Notes under the pieces: generated by a model
Told to the model about the DNA's origin: nothing
What the model saw: the letters and a program-made list of their open reading frames with translations, nothing else
The model's database searches: none
Shown: positions 1 to 14,642 of the stretch, piece after piece
Numbering within the stretch: position 1 is the first letter of the stretch
How the letters are laid out: each line of letters begins with the position of its first letter
Position numbers and translations under genes: made by a program
Assembly (NCBI GenBank): GCA_964016885.1
Contig: OZ024759.1
Span: 13,826,001 to 13,890,000, forward strand
Length of the DNA stretch: 64,000 nt
From: Eledone cirrhosa
Taxonomy: Eukaryota
Direction: 5' to 3'

Positions 1-523
1 CCACTTGAGGCAAAATTGGTCGTCTCGCTCGTATAAGACTGTCTGGCAGGTTTTCTATGGCTGGATGCCCTTCCTATCACAAACCACATTTACAAAATAT
101 AAAACAATCAAATTTTTGTTCGAAATTTGATTGTTTTATATTTTGTATCCCTGCTTTGTAATACATCAGATAATTTACATTAAGCTTTTTCTCTAACTGG
201 TAATTGGGTAGTGCTTAGTACTACCCTTTCATATTTATAATTATATATAACTCATATATAAGTGTAAATAATCATCATCATCATCACCGTTTTACGTCCG
301 TTCTTCCATGCTAGCATGGGTTAGACGGGTTGTCCTGTTGTGGGCAGTGTCTGGTCGGCTGACCATGCCTTGCTCATACAGGAACTGATTTTGGCTTGAT
401 TTCTACAGCTGGATGACCTTCCTAACACCAACCTCATTTACAGTGAGTGCTGGGTGCTTTTCCCGTGGCACCTCCACGACCACCTTGCAGTGGGAGGGTG
501 TGGGGGCATATTGTCTATATGCT

Positions 524-985
524 TCAGCTTGTACCCATGGGAGGTTGCGTACTCTGTATTACTGCGTGACGCCAGAGGTCACGGTCGTGTGTCATCACCT
601 TTGAGAGGTGTAATTGGGTAAGGTCGGCTTTTATCACCTCATCCCAGGTCTTCTTGGGTCTCCCCACTCCGCGGTTTCCATTGACTTCTAGTGCTCTGCA
701 CCTTTTTATGCAGCTGTCATCCTTCATACGCATCACATGTCCATACCAATGCAACTGCCTCTCCTGCTCACAGCATTTGATTCCTCTTATGCTCAGTCTC
801 TCGCTCAATTCATTTATGCTTTGTCGTTTGCGTATATTACTATTACACATCCATTGGAGCATGCAAGCTTCATTTCTTTCTAATCTACGCAAGTCTACAC
901 ACAGCGCCCAGGTCTCACTAGCATGTAACATTGCTGTTTGTATGCACGCATCAAACAGTCTGCCTTTCATTTTGAAGAAAAGCAT
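524..985 (-). mobile_element. RTE-clade LINE 3' fragment
   Basis: [11 protein letters not shown]...GRPKKTW C-terminal RTE motifs. Confidence 0.85.
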
Positions 986-2759
986 TTTGCAGCTAGCAGT
1001 GGCAGTAGCTCCTTGAACTTCTTATATATATATGTGTGTGTGTGTGTGTTAAGTATTTCTGTAGAAAAGGTAAAGGAAAGAAGAAAGCTATTTACTTACA
1101 TAATAAACAACACAATATAATTATTCCATTACAAAAGGTTTCAGGAGACTAAACGATCCTTACAGAAACATCCGGCCGGTTCATCAGATGAATGGGCCGG
1201 ACGTTTCTGTTAAGATCGTCTAGTTTCTTGAAACCTTTGGTAATGGGATAATTATATTGAGTTGTTTATCAGGTAATTAAATGAAATATATATATGTATA
1301 TAAAGTTGTAGTTCCTGTCTGTTTGTTTGTTTGTTCAAGAACTCCTCCTATGGTTTTGGAGATAGACCTCCATAACCATATATATTCTGAAACTACATTG
1401 CCCAGGGTACTTGCATAAGTATATTTCATTTTAATCAAAGGTTCCCCGGGGGCACAAACCCCCGCTGAAAATGTTTCCCCTTCGATTTATATGAAATTTA
1501 AACCATAGGTATGATGCCTATTCACAAAAGTTTTGAATTGATATTTTGAAAAAGATTATTTACAAGAAAGAAAATAAGAATAAGCTTTAATAATGTAATT
1601 TTGATTTGATATATTACAAAAAATAATGTTTTCCAATTTTTCATGCATTACATTTGACATTGAGTAATATTGAAATGCAGAGTTTTTCTCCATGGGATTG
1701 GCAGTATCGGTTTGAGGGTCGGGCGCCATGCTTTGCAGCATAAAGTTACGGTCCTTTGTAGTCTGAGTTCAAATCCCGCCGAGGTTAACTTTGCCTTTCA
1801 TCCTTACGGGGGTCGATAAAATAAAGTACCAGTAATTCGCTGCGATAATTGCTGGCCTTGTGCCAAAAGTATAAACTATTTTCTTACAAAAGAAATGTGT
1901 GAAACGCAGCAAGGCGCGGATATATATATAAAAAAAAAGGATCGATTGACTTTCGTCAAATCGGACCGAGGAAACAATGTTTACGTCGGTCTTTTCAGTT
2001 GCTAATACTATTTATCGGTCGCAACTCCAGGTAGAAGGCGCAACGTGAAATAAAGTGTCTTGCTCATATAAAGTGACTGGCTCATATATATATATATTTA
2101 TGTATTTTAAATGTAAACAAATTCTCTTACTGTGAGCTGTAGAGCCGTTTGGTGAAACTTGTAATGAGATATTTACTGATAACTGATTTTGAAAGGTCCC
2201 AATAAGGGGTCAAAACATTCGTAAATCAATATTTAATGTAAAAACGTATTTGGTAATTACTTTAATGAATAAGTTACTTCATGCATAATTATTATTTTTA
2301 ACACAATAGGATTTTTTTACACATGCTTGTTTGAAATATCTTTAAAAAAAAGTATGAAAAAGCCTTTTGTACGGGTTATTATAATAAATTACTGTATTTT
2401 GAGCTGCTTTTAACTTCACCTACCTCCTTCCAATTTTTTTATATTGTTTTTATAAAAAAACGATATTTTTTTCAAATATATATATGTATACGTATATATA
2501 TATACATATACAGTTCAAGGAGACAACAAACAGAAGTACAAACAGTCTTATGAGTTTCACACTTTATATTGGAAAGAGGAAAGAAAGTTTAATGTGTCAG
2601 GCTTAAGCCCTTCTTCATGGGTACAAATAGAGACAGGATCACAATGGAGAAACATAAAAAAGGTCCAGTAAAGACAAGAAAAATTGATTTATATATACCA
2701 TATTTCCCGGCGCCGTTAAGAAGTCGAGCTGAAGTGGCAAATACTTGACAGTTGTGCTT

Positions 2760-3995
2760 TGTCCCCGTGATCACCTCACCAAAATGGAATGTCCACTGTC
2801 CCAGTTTTTGTGAAAGAGATGGGCTCCATTGGTGAGGAGATCCATCTGCTGCCAACACCCTTCTAACAGGGAACAGGGAATGCTATGGCTGATGATGCGC
2901 AAACACTCCTTGAGGCTATGCCATTTCGAAGTATTCTTGACTGGTGAACTAGTGTGGTCGTTGTTCATGAGACAAGCTCTTCCACAACTCATCTCGCTAA
3001 CAGAGCTGCAGTCCTGGGTCAAGCAAATACCGAAAATGGGCAACTGGCACCTAGAATGCACTCAGGCACTCACCACAGTCCTCTATCTGGTGGAAACGAC
3101 AATCAGTTGAAACTCCATGTCAACATTCTATAGGAGATTAGTGGTGGATAAGTGCAACAATGTTCTCCAGGAGACTCTGGGCATTGAAGAGGACAAACTG
3201 GCAAGTCGGTTCAGGAGAACTTTCTGTCTAGGGCCTATGGATAACTACCAGATGTCTCTGTCCTGGCAGTGCCACTGAGAAGCTCTACCCAGTTCGAGAT
3301 AAACTCTACAGGCACAGACACCTTGGTAGGGATCCTGCAAAAAGGACCTGTCCAATATGCGAGCAGAACATTGAAACCGTTCTGAATGCAATTGTTCAGT
3401 GCCCAGGAGTTACTGACCTGTGAAATTATGTCGAGCAGCTACTATTGCATGTGGGATGAATCCAGTAGTCAGCCGAGTCCATCGGAAGGATCACCCCACC
3501 GCCTTCATTTAACACCAAAGGAGAGGCAGTTTTCCTCCGCCTGGTGGCTATGATGAAAAAAGTGATATGGTGGACGAGACTGAAAGGACTGAGGGCAAAC
3601 ACCTTCCTTTCTGGACAACAACTCATCCCCTTCTTTAAATATTACTTCAAAAGGAAGGTGAGAGTGGAGAGAGAGGTGTTGCACTCCAATAAATTTGCTG
3701 AAAGGTGGTTGAATGTGGCGAAAATGGCCCAAGTGAATGGGCCTTCTCTGTATATAAACCTGTAAGTTGAAGAAGACAAAAGGGAGAAGACGGGAACACT
3801 TACAAAACATGCTTCTGGTGTTAATGGTTGTTCTATTTACGGGGTATAAAACAACCCCGCAGTAATGTTCCTCTCTATTGGGGATTTTGATTGTTCAATT
3901 CAACTGTTAAATTTGTTTACATGATTATATGTAAAATCCCCTCCATATGTCTTTGTATTGTCCCATTTCTTGTGCACCCTTGTGGCAAATAAAGA
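2760..3995 (+). mobile_element. Decayed L1/Tx1-like LINE 3' end
   Basis: Frame-broken C-terminal segments (VRDKLYRH...CPICEQNIET, FKYYFKRKVRVERE, ERWLNVA), then AATAAA and a microsatellite tail. Confidence 0.6.
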
Positions 3996-4235
3996 AATCT
4001 ATCTATCTACCTAGTCATTCATCTATCTTTCTCTCTATCTAGTCATTTATCTATCTATCTATCTCTCACCCCCCCCCCCCCCCTCTCTCCTATTGATTTC
4101 TGTGATCTAACTTTAATGTTTCTTTACATTCCAGTGATGAAAAGCCATTGGCTGACCTAGGGCCAAACAACAACAATAGCAACAACGAATGGAGGTGAAG
4201 GGTTAACTGCTCCTCCCATTCAGTGAAGAGTAACC

Positions 4236-4576
4236 ATGGTTCTCAACCCACAATTTTCACCAAAACAGAGCTATGATAATTTGGCATTCGGAGATGATGC
4301 TGACGGTGTTAATCTGCAGGAAGTACGAAAACCTTCCTCCCCAGTTCAACAAGATATGTCTCTACCACCACCAGTTGGACAAGGTGTGTTTCCACCATCA
4401 CCAGTTGGAAAAAATATGTTCCCACCACCACCAGTTCAGCAAGATATGTCTCCACCACCACCACAACAACAATTTTTACTGAGGCAACGACCACCACCAG
4501 TTCAACAAGATATGTCTCCACCACCACAACAATTTTTACTGAAGCAACCACCACCACCACTACTACAGACAAATGA
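4236..4576 (+). CDS. CHS: CHS coding exon 1 (Pro/Gln-rich N-terminus)
   Basis: accATGG start with in-frame TGA at 4224 upstream; likely acceptor ttccag at 4134; GTAAGT donor at 4577, phase 2 matching exon 2. Confidence 0.72.
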
Positions 4577-7307
4577 GTAAGTAGAAGACCTTTCTCTCTC
4601 CACCCCAAAATTCAAAACACAATCATAACAAGAAGCTGGCAGAATCAGTAGAACATCACTGCAGTGAAATTGTGTCACTAATTAGGTCGCAGACAGTGTG
4701 CCAAAAATATTGACTCCAAGAAATAAATGACGAATATAAAGTGAAATTAAGTTTTTGTGTTTTCCAATTGCTCCTCCGCCATGTAATTGCTTTTCTGGGG
4801 CTTTTTTCTGATTTTTATCTCTTTCTTTCTTGTTTAGCAGTTCTACATTCTTGGACTTACTGCATCTCTTTTGTGCTCACACTTTCTAAATTATGGTTCA
4901 CACTGTTAAACCAAGTCCACCTGAATTTTTAACATTTTAAATTCTACTTCACACCCTGTTTCCTTCACTCTCTAAATTCTGGTCTATACACTATATCAGC
5001 TCTCTAAATTCTAGTCCACACATCATATCAACTCTCTAAATTCTGGTCTATACACTATATCAGCTCTCTAAATTCTGATCCACATACTATATATTTTTGC
5101 TGTATTTTTCACTTCATAAATTTTTCCATTTCAGTGATTCCAAGTCTTCATTGGATTGGGATGCTTTCACAGAAACTTCAAGAAGTAACTTCCGTCATGG
5201 CAATATCATATTGGCGCAAGTCCTTAAAATCCTCTTCAAACTATTTTGTGCCAACATCTTACTGATTATGATCTTCTCACTGGCTGTGACCAATAGGCTA
5301 ACCTTAATAAAACTAACCCATTCTTTACGAATTCAGGAAAACTCGACCATAGCCTGCATAAACAAAGTAACAACAAATTTCACACCTTCCTATGGGAAGA
5401 ATACAACAATGACCACCTCTAGCATTGTCAAAGAAAACCATACTTCCAATGTGTGTCCTTACATTAAAGATGGCAATCGCAAAATAAATGCTTCATGGAT
5501 CTGGGCTGTTCTACTTGCCATCTGTTTCCCTTACATCTATGATTTTACTATAAACATGTGGAGAATAATTTTCAAACACGAATTTCAGCTGAAATTGAAA
5601 TGGTTTTTCATAGTATGTATAGAAACGTAGTTGTTGTTACTGTTGTTGTTGTTATTGTTTTTGTTACTGTTTTTATTTGTCGTTGTTGTTGTTACTGTTA
5701 TTGTTGTTGTTACTGCTGTTGTTTTTGTCATTGTTACTGTTGTTACTACACAAGTGCCCGCCCACTGCCATATGTTAGTGTATTCATGTGCAGGTGAATG
5801 TGGGTGGGCAAGTGGGTGAAAGTCTTCAGGGATTGTAGAGAGTGGTGTGCACATGGATGCACATGTAATATGCGTAGGTGTTGGCCTGATGGAGTGTAGT
5901 GCCACATGGTGCTAGTTGAAGTGGATGGGAAGGATACAAGTAGTTGGGCAGCAGAGTTGTGGAAGCCAGTAGGCACTAGATGTGTTCATGTACAGATACA
6001 AAGGGGTATTATTGTATCCATGTGCTGGTGGAAGAGTTTGTGTGTAGTTGGGGTGGTTTGTGGGTGCATGAGTGGAAAAGTGATGGATGTGGTGAAGGTG
6101 TTAGCTAAGGGAAAAGTGGTGGTACATTTAGGCCAGGTGAGGTAAAGGTTTGGAGAGTGCTTTTCCCTCCTGAAGTGTGATTCTTGTGGTCCAGTTCACA
6201 CAATGAGGCTGAAAATTGTGAGGTGGTCAGTTGAGTGTCAGGTGGAGCAGAAATATTGGGGGATGGTAAACGGGCTGCTTAGTTGGATGCTCCAGAAGTG
6301 CTCAGTGAATCTGTTTGCCAAACATCGGCCTGTTTGGCCAGTATAGGGGGCATCACATAGCATCACATGATAAGCAGTGTATTGTCTTGTAGTGTGGGGG
6401 GAAGAGAAGGTTTTTAGCTAGAAAGCGGTGTTATAGTTACGGGTTCGAATATTAAGTTATTTTATAGTGAGAGAATTTAGCTTTTAGTTTGTGGTTGCAG
6501 TATAATGATCGTTCAATTCTATCGTTAAGTAGTTTGTTTTTGGATTTTAATATATAAAAGAGCTCAAGGTTACATAACCTGCAGTACTTCAATCCACTCC
6601 GACTGACAAACTAAAAGCTAAATTCTCTCACTATAAAATAACTTAACATTCGAACCCGTAACTATAACACCGCTTTCTAGCTGAAAACCTTCTCTTCCCC
6701 CCACACTACAAGACAATACACTGCTTATCACTATACATGGTAACTCAGTGCAATTCCTAGATTACTACTACAAACCCAAAGTTCACTCACCACACAAACT
6801 TTGTCTGTCCCCTCTCTACCTATCTCTCTCTACATCCATTACACTCTCTCTCTCTCTCTCTCGCCTTTGGTCTACCTCCCTCTCAACATCTATGAACCTG
6901 CCCTCTGGGGCAATAAATAATTCCGACCTTAACTATCAACGCATCTCTCCAAAAGTAACCAGTATAATAAAACCCCTACCATAACATTTTGATTAAGATA
7001 TCTACAAGCCACTCTCTCCTACTTCTCCAACCCCTGCATATCTTTCTTTCTCTCTCCATCTTCCCTACTTTTCTCTCTTCCTTTTCTACTCTATCTTCCC
7101 CAACAACCCCACTTAAGGGTATTTACATTGTACATTTTACCATTCTGCTCTGAGGAAACAGTGGTCACAGCATTGGATATTTGAGTTCTGCAAGTACTTG
7201 TGAATCTGCACGTAGCATAACTAGGCTGCAGTACCACCGTGGAAACACTTGTAAGCACACGGAATAAATTACCTTTTTATGATGTCTACCTGTTATTATT
7301 CATTCTT

Positions 7308-7341
<34 letters not shown>

Positions 7342-7478
7342 TACATATATATATATATACACATATATACATATATATATATATACACATATATACATAT
7401 ATATATATATACACATATATACATATATATATATACACATATATACATATATATATATACACATATATACATATACAC

Positions 7479-7543
<65 letters not shown>

Positions 7544-7739
7544 TATATATATATATATATGTATATATGTGTATATATATATATGTATATATGTACATAT
7601 ATATATGTATATATATATATATATGTATATATATATGTATATATATATATAGGAACGAGTAGGACCCCGACGGCTGAGCTCAAGCCGTTTTGACGGCTAA
7701 TTCTGTATATATATGTATGTATGTATATATATATTTATG

Positions 7740-7804
<65 letters not shown>

Positions 7805-7875
7805 TGAGCTGATGATCCGTTTGAGGTGAAACATTGTTCTCGGAAATGGTATATTAACTGTTCTGGAACTACTTA

Positions 7876-7925
<50 letters not shown>

Positions 7926-10900
7926 TATGTATATATATTATATATATGCATATGTATATATATTATATATATGCATATGTATATATATATGTCATTTTTT
8001 TTTCTATTTTCTTAAAGTTTTATATAATTCTTTTTTGATTTGCAGATTTGGGTAACAGAATCTCTTCATACCATAGGTTTGTGGATTCTTGTGTTTGTCC
8101 TGCTTCCAAACGTGGGACCCCTGCACTCAGCACTTATAATATATGGTGTCACATTCTTCCCTTGTGGATTAGATATCCTTGCATCTATCTTATCACGAAG
8201 CAATTTTAGTGATTTGACCAAAATCTCTTTACCCAGAGCAATCTTGACTGTTGGGATTTTTATTTCCACCATCGCGTTAATCATCATCTACACATATTCC
8301 CAATATGAATGCAAACCTTGCATAGTCTACCTTTTCACTCCTCTTTCGCTAATACTCATATCAATTCAATGGTGGGAATCTTATGCAGACATCATTGAAT
8401 GGGAATCTTTAAAAAAATATTTATCAGCAATCAGTTCAAACAAAGCAGGAAGCGTTATTTTCACATCACCATTAAAGATTGGACTCAACATTTTACTAAC
8501 GGCTATTTATTACAAGATCGATGGAGACTGCATGGATGTTTTGTTTCTCACAAAAAAAACCTCTACCAATTGTGGACTATCAAATGTAATTCTGACAGCA
8601 GATTCCTTTCTTACTGAGCCATTTATGATTGCAGGTGTGAACATCGTGACATCGTTTTTGTGTTTCCATTTTGCAAAGGTTGCTTGCAAACTGATGCTAC
8701 AAAATATATCATTTTCTCTTCCTTTGATCTTTGTGGGCCCAGTTTCTTTCTTCTTTGTAGCTTACCTTGAGATTGATAGCCCGTGGCTTTTAGATATAAA
8801 GTCAAACCACAGTGATTTTACATACTACATTGAACCATTTCAAGAATTCGGCAAGAGTTGGTCGAGTTACATAGCAATTGGATTCTTCTTTGTTTATGCA
8901 CTAACCACAAGACATGTATGGTTCCCTAAAGTTGAGAGACTTGCCAAAGACAAAAAGTAAGCATGAATTTTTGTTGTTGTTGTTGTTCTTTTATTTTGTG
9001 GTGGTGATGGTGGTGGGGGTGGAAATGAAGACAAATTGTCAGTAAGTGAACATATATATATATTGGTGCTTCATGCATGTGAGGTCTCCACACACATTTA
9101 TAGTTCGGCATGTTGGTTACCATAAATATAGCTACTAACACTAACAGTAACCCTAAAACTAACACTAACCCCAACCCTAACCTTAACACCAACCCTAACA
9201 CCAACCCAAACACCAACCCTAACACTAACCTTAACCCCAACCCAAACATTAACCCTAACACTAACCCCAACCGCAACGCTAACACTAACCCAAACCCTAA
9301 CACCAACCCTAACTCAGTAGATATGTATAGTGTACAGTGTACACTGTACACTAAAGAACCAAATTTATATTATTTTTTTTTGTTTTGCAACAAATTCAAA
9401 CTTTAAAGTTTTAACAAGATAAAACCGTTTTTGATATATTTTCTTATCAATCTATTAAATTGTAATTATATCTGTTTAATGTATTGTAATTACTCCTGTA
9501 AATCGTTTCTTTGATTTATGAATTCAAATGATATATTTTCCCGACAAAAGAAAACAAAAAGGAATAACAATGAAACATCTCTGCTTCAGGTTATTCTGGA
9601 AACTGAGTTATTGTGGAATTCTGGTGGATCAAGATCTTCTTCTGAATAGGAAACATGATAAAGAAGAGAAAGTGAATAAACGTGTAAGAACATATTTATC
9701 ATCTATTACACAGGTTCTCAAAGTGGGCATTACCGCTCCCCAGGGAGGTATTGAGAAGGACCAGTGGGGGCTGGAGCCTAAGGGGGTAGGGGGGGGGGTA
9801 GAGATAATATAATAGTATATTAAATATCAAATGATACATATTATATATAAATATAGTAAAATACAAAATATATATTTATTTATACATAGTATATATATTA
9901 TATATTAATTTTATTTATTATATATTATTTACAATTTGCGTGTAGGCAGGTCTCTCTGGAAATAGGGTTGGATGGGGGAGGGGGGTTTGAGGGTATTACG
10001 TGGCTGTGTGTGTGGGAGGGGGGGGGGGGGGGGCTGTGGCCCAAAAAGTTTGAGAACCTCTGGTATATTATGTTGTTGTGATGATCCCTGGCTTAGTGGG
10101 TAGACAATTGTATTCGCAATCAGGAAATTTGTGAGTTCAAATCCTGGGTTAGGTGATGTGTTAGGCCTTTGAGCCAGTTATGTATTCCTGGGGTAGAGCT
10201 ATACACCTAAAAACAATTTTGTCAGTGAATTATGAACATCTTCACTCCCAAAAATCATAGAAGCAATATGCTTATACTTTGAGCAAGACATTTTATTTCA
10301 CATTGCTCTTTCTGCCTGAAGTTGTGACTGGTAGATAGTATCAGCAATGGAAAGACCAATGGAAACATTGTTACTTTGGTTCCACTTCACTCCAGTAAGT
10401 ATATGATGTCTGAGATCTTGTTGCTCATATCATAACTTCAAAGCTAGATAGGGTTACTAGTTTATTGATGTGACGTTTGTCAATAGAAATAATCATTTTA
10501 CTGAATAAAAAAAACAACAGCACAGCAACTGTAACTGTATAAAAAAACACACAGCAGTCAACAGATTAATCATCCCACAATATTGTATGTTGTCTGAGAT
10601 CTTATTAATCCTCCCATAGTATTGTATGGTGTTGATTTATATACCAAAATGGCTAACTTAGCACACAGTTGCTTCTTCCCCAAACATTTTTTTTTGTTTT
10701 TTCCCTTTCTCATTCTTGACTATTTTTCTTTTTCTTCCTCATTTTATCTTCTGATGAACGACTGACATCCAAAACGTCAAGAGTCTTTTAATACTATATC
10801 AAGTGCTAAACTAATATATATCTTCATTATACTGTATTGTTTTACAGTGTTGTTTATCCACCTACTTTTCGCATATATATCATTTATATATACATACATA

Positions 10901-10963
10901 TACACATATATACACACATATATAAATATACACATATATATATATACACACATATATATATAT

Positions 10964-11012
<49 letters not shown>

Positions 11013-11698
11013 TATATATATATATATACACATATATATATACATATATATATATACATATATACATATATACACATATATATATACATATATATATATA
11101 CATATACACATATATACATATACACATATATATATACATATATATATATATACATATACACATATATATATACATATATATATATATACATATACACATA
11201 TATATATACATATACACATATATATATACATATACACATATATATATACATATACACATATATATATATACATATATATATACATATACATATACACATA
11301 TATATATACATATATATATACATATACACATATATATATACATATATATATATATACATATACACATATATATATACATATACACATATATATATTCATA
11401 TATATATATATACATATACACATATATATATATTGTTACACTTTGGGAGGGTCATGTTGCTAATAAGAAACACACGCACCAGTTGCTTTCACTTCAATTT
11501 ATTATATATTTATAAATTTATAAATTTACAAATCTACAAATTTATATATATTGGCAACATGACCCTCCCAAAGTATAACAATATCGGTTTCAACACACGA
11601 TTTCAGATAAAGAATCTTGCTAAACAAATTCTGAAACGACATATATATATACATATATATATATATACACATATATATATATACACATATATATATAC

Positions 11699-11767
<69 letters not shown>

Positions 11768-12113
11768 TATACATATATATATACATATATATACATATAC
11801 ATATATATATACATATATATACATATACATACATATATATACATATATATATACATATATATACATATATATATACATATATATACATATATATACACAT
11901 ATATATACATATATATACACATATATACATATATATACACATATATATACATATATATACACATATATATACATATATATACATATATATATACATATAT
12001 ATACATATATATATACATATATATACATATATATATACATATATATACATATATATACATATATACATATATATACATATATATACACATATATATACAT
12101 ATATATCATATAT

Positions 12114-12172
<59 letters not shown>

Positions 12173-13824
12173 CATATATACATATACACATATATATATA
12201 CATATATATATACATATAAATATACATATATATATACATATAAATATACATATATATATATATACATATATATACATATATATATATATACATATACATA
12301 TATATATATTCATATATATACATATATACATATATATATATACATATATATATACATATATATATATATACATATATACATATATATATACATATATGTT
12401 CGATATGAAGAAAAGGAACTGGCATAAATTCTATAAAATGCACACAATGCAGATCCTGGGTACACAAGAGATGTAGCGGGATAGCAGGTAAACTAACAGG
12501 TAGGGAGAAATATGTGTGCAGTAGATGTACAGGGAAATTAGACAGTAGAAGTCGGATTGATAGACATGTTTTTCAAATGCAAGAGGGCGCTATAGAAGTG
12601 GTGGATAGCTTCCGGTACCTAGGAGATCAGATTAGCATGGGAGGAGGGTGTTCCGAGGCGATAGTATCTAGAATAAGGAGGGGTTGGAAGAAGTTTAGGG
12701 AGCTGCTTCCTCTGTTGACGAAGAAGGGTTTCTCCCTGCGTACGAAAGGCCGGTTGTATGATGCCTGTGTGAGGAGCGCGATGCTGCATGGTAGTGAGAC
12801 ATGGGCAGTAACTGCAGAGGACATGCGATGGCTGGAGAGAAATGAGGCAAGCATGCTCCGTTGGATGTGCAGTGTAAATGTGCGTGTACGACCCAGCATA
12901 AATGTGTTGAGAGAGAAACTGTGTCTGAGAAGGATAGAATGTAGTGTACGGGAGAGGAGACTGAGGTGGAATGGACATGTGATGCACATGGAGGATGACC
13001 GATGGGTGAAGAAGTGCCAGGAATTGCCAGTTGAAGGAAGACGTGGTAGAGGTAGACCACGAAAAACATGGACGGAGGTGGTGAGAACAGACCTCAGATC
13101 ATTGAAGCTCACGGTGGAGATGACGAGGGACTGTGACGAGTGGAGAGATGGTGTGCTGAATAAGACCCGTCCCACCCTTGCAAGTAGGGAAAAGCGGACG
13201 TAAAATGATGATGATGATGATGATGATGATGATATATATATACATATATATATATATATAAAATAGAATTAGAATTTAGCTTTGAGCATAGTTGTATACA
13301 GATATGTATTGGAATTTTGTATTTCTAAAGAAATGTGGTATGTTTATAAATAAACATTTAGAAAGGCATAGCTATGCAAATACACCGGCAGCTATCAGAA
13401 CCTGGCGGTGTCGAGCAGAAGCAAGGGGGACGATCATCAATGCATTTCGGACAGAACTGGTTCTTGTCAGGACGATAGCTCCCACTCATGCAACTGCTGG
13501 ACTTTGAAAACAGACAAGAATATATACCTTGCATTTGGGACCTACATGAAAATATACCCAGTACACTCTGTAAAGTGATTGGTGATAGGAAGGGCATCCG
13601 GCAGTAGAAAACCTGCCAAACGAAGGGTTGGGAGGACCCTTCAGTTGTGTCAAAGACAAATTCTCCTGTGCACTCGGTAGAATGTTATACCATACATAAG
13701 TGAGATACAGACCCCAGACCCCACTGACATGTCAGGGAGGTCAGTAGCTCTGCTTCAGTACTGACATAGTCAATGTAGAGCCATCCAACCCTTGCTAGCA
13801 GGGAAAGCAGTTAAAATGACGATG

Positions 13825-13856
<32 letters not shown>

Positions 13857-14576
13857 TAAAATAACAGATTAAAGTTTAAGCAAAGAATCAACACCAGGAT
13901 TCTTTGCTTAAACTTTAATCTGTTATTTTAATAAATATTTGCTTTACGGTTCTTATATATTTGATATATATTTATCCTTATCGAGCCCTCTTTGGATTTT
14001 AGTCTTCAAATTTATTATTATTACTATATATATATATATATACATTATCATCAGCCACCTAGAACCAACAACTGTAATTGCTGGCCCCCTGTATCATAAA
14101 ATCTTTGAAGTAGTTTGAAATTGTTTGTTTAAATATTTTATATCATCTGACAAGCTCAGGCTGAGAGATTGGGTAGGAAGAACATTCCCTAGTCATCGAT
14201 TCCAGCAAAATATATATCATGTATATAGAAATAACCTTACATACAACTGCTTATGGCTTTCACTGTATTTAATATTCTCTCTCCCTCTCTATGTATATAT
14301 ATCCCTCCCCAAAACATCTCTCCGCAAGTCCCCAGCCTACATATATGTGAAGGCGCATGGCTTCATGTATGTACATAGCTATGCATTTATACATTTGTAT
14401 ATATACATGCATTTATATTTAAGTGTGTAAGGATGTTGACATGATTTTTTTTGGTAAGGAGTAAATTTTTGTCTCCAGATTTTATTACCTAGGGAGATTA
14501 AATACCACAGCTCTGGCTGAAAGCTGACCAGGTTCTCAACCTCATCAAACACTAACGCCGGCCGGTGTGTATATAC

Positions 14577-14642
<66 letters not shown>

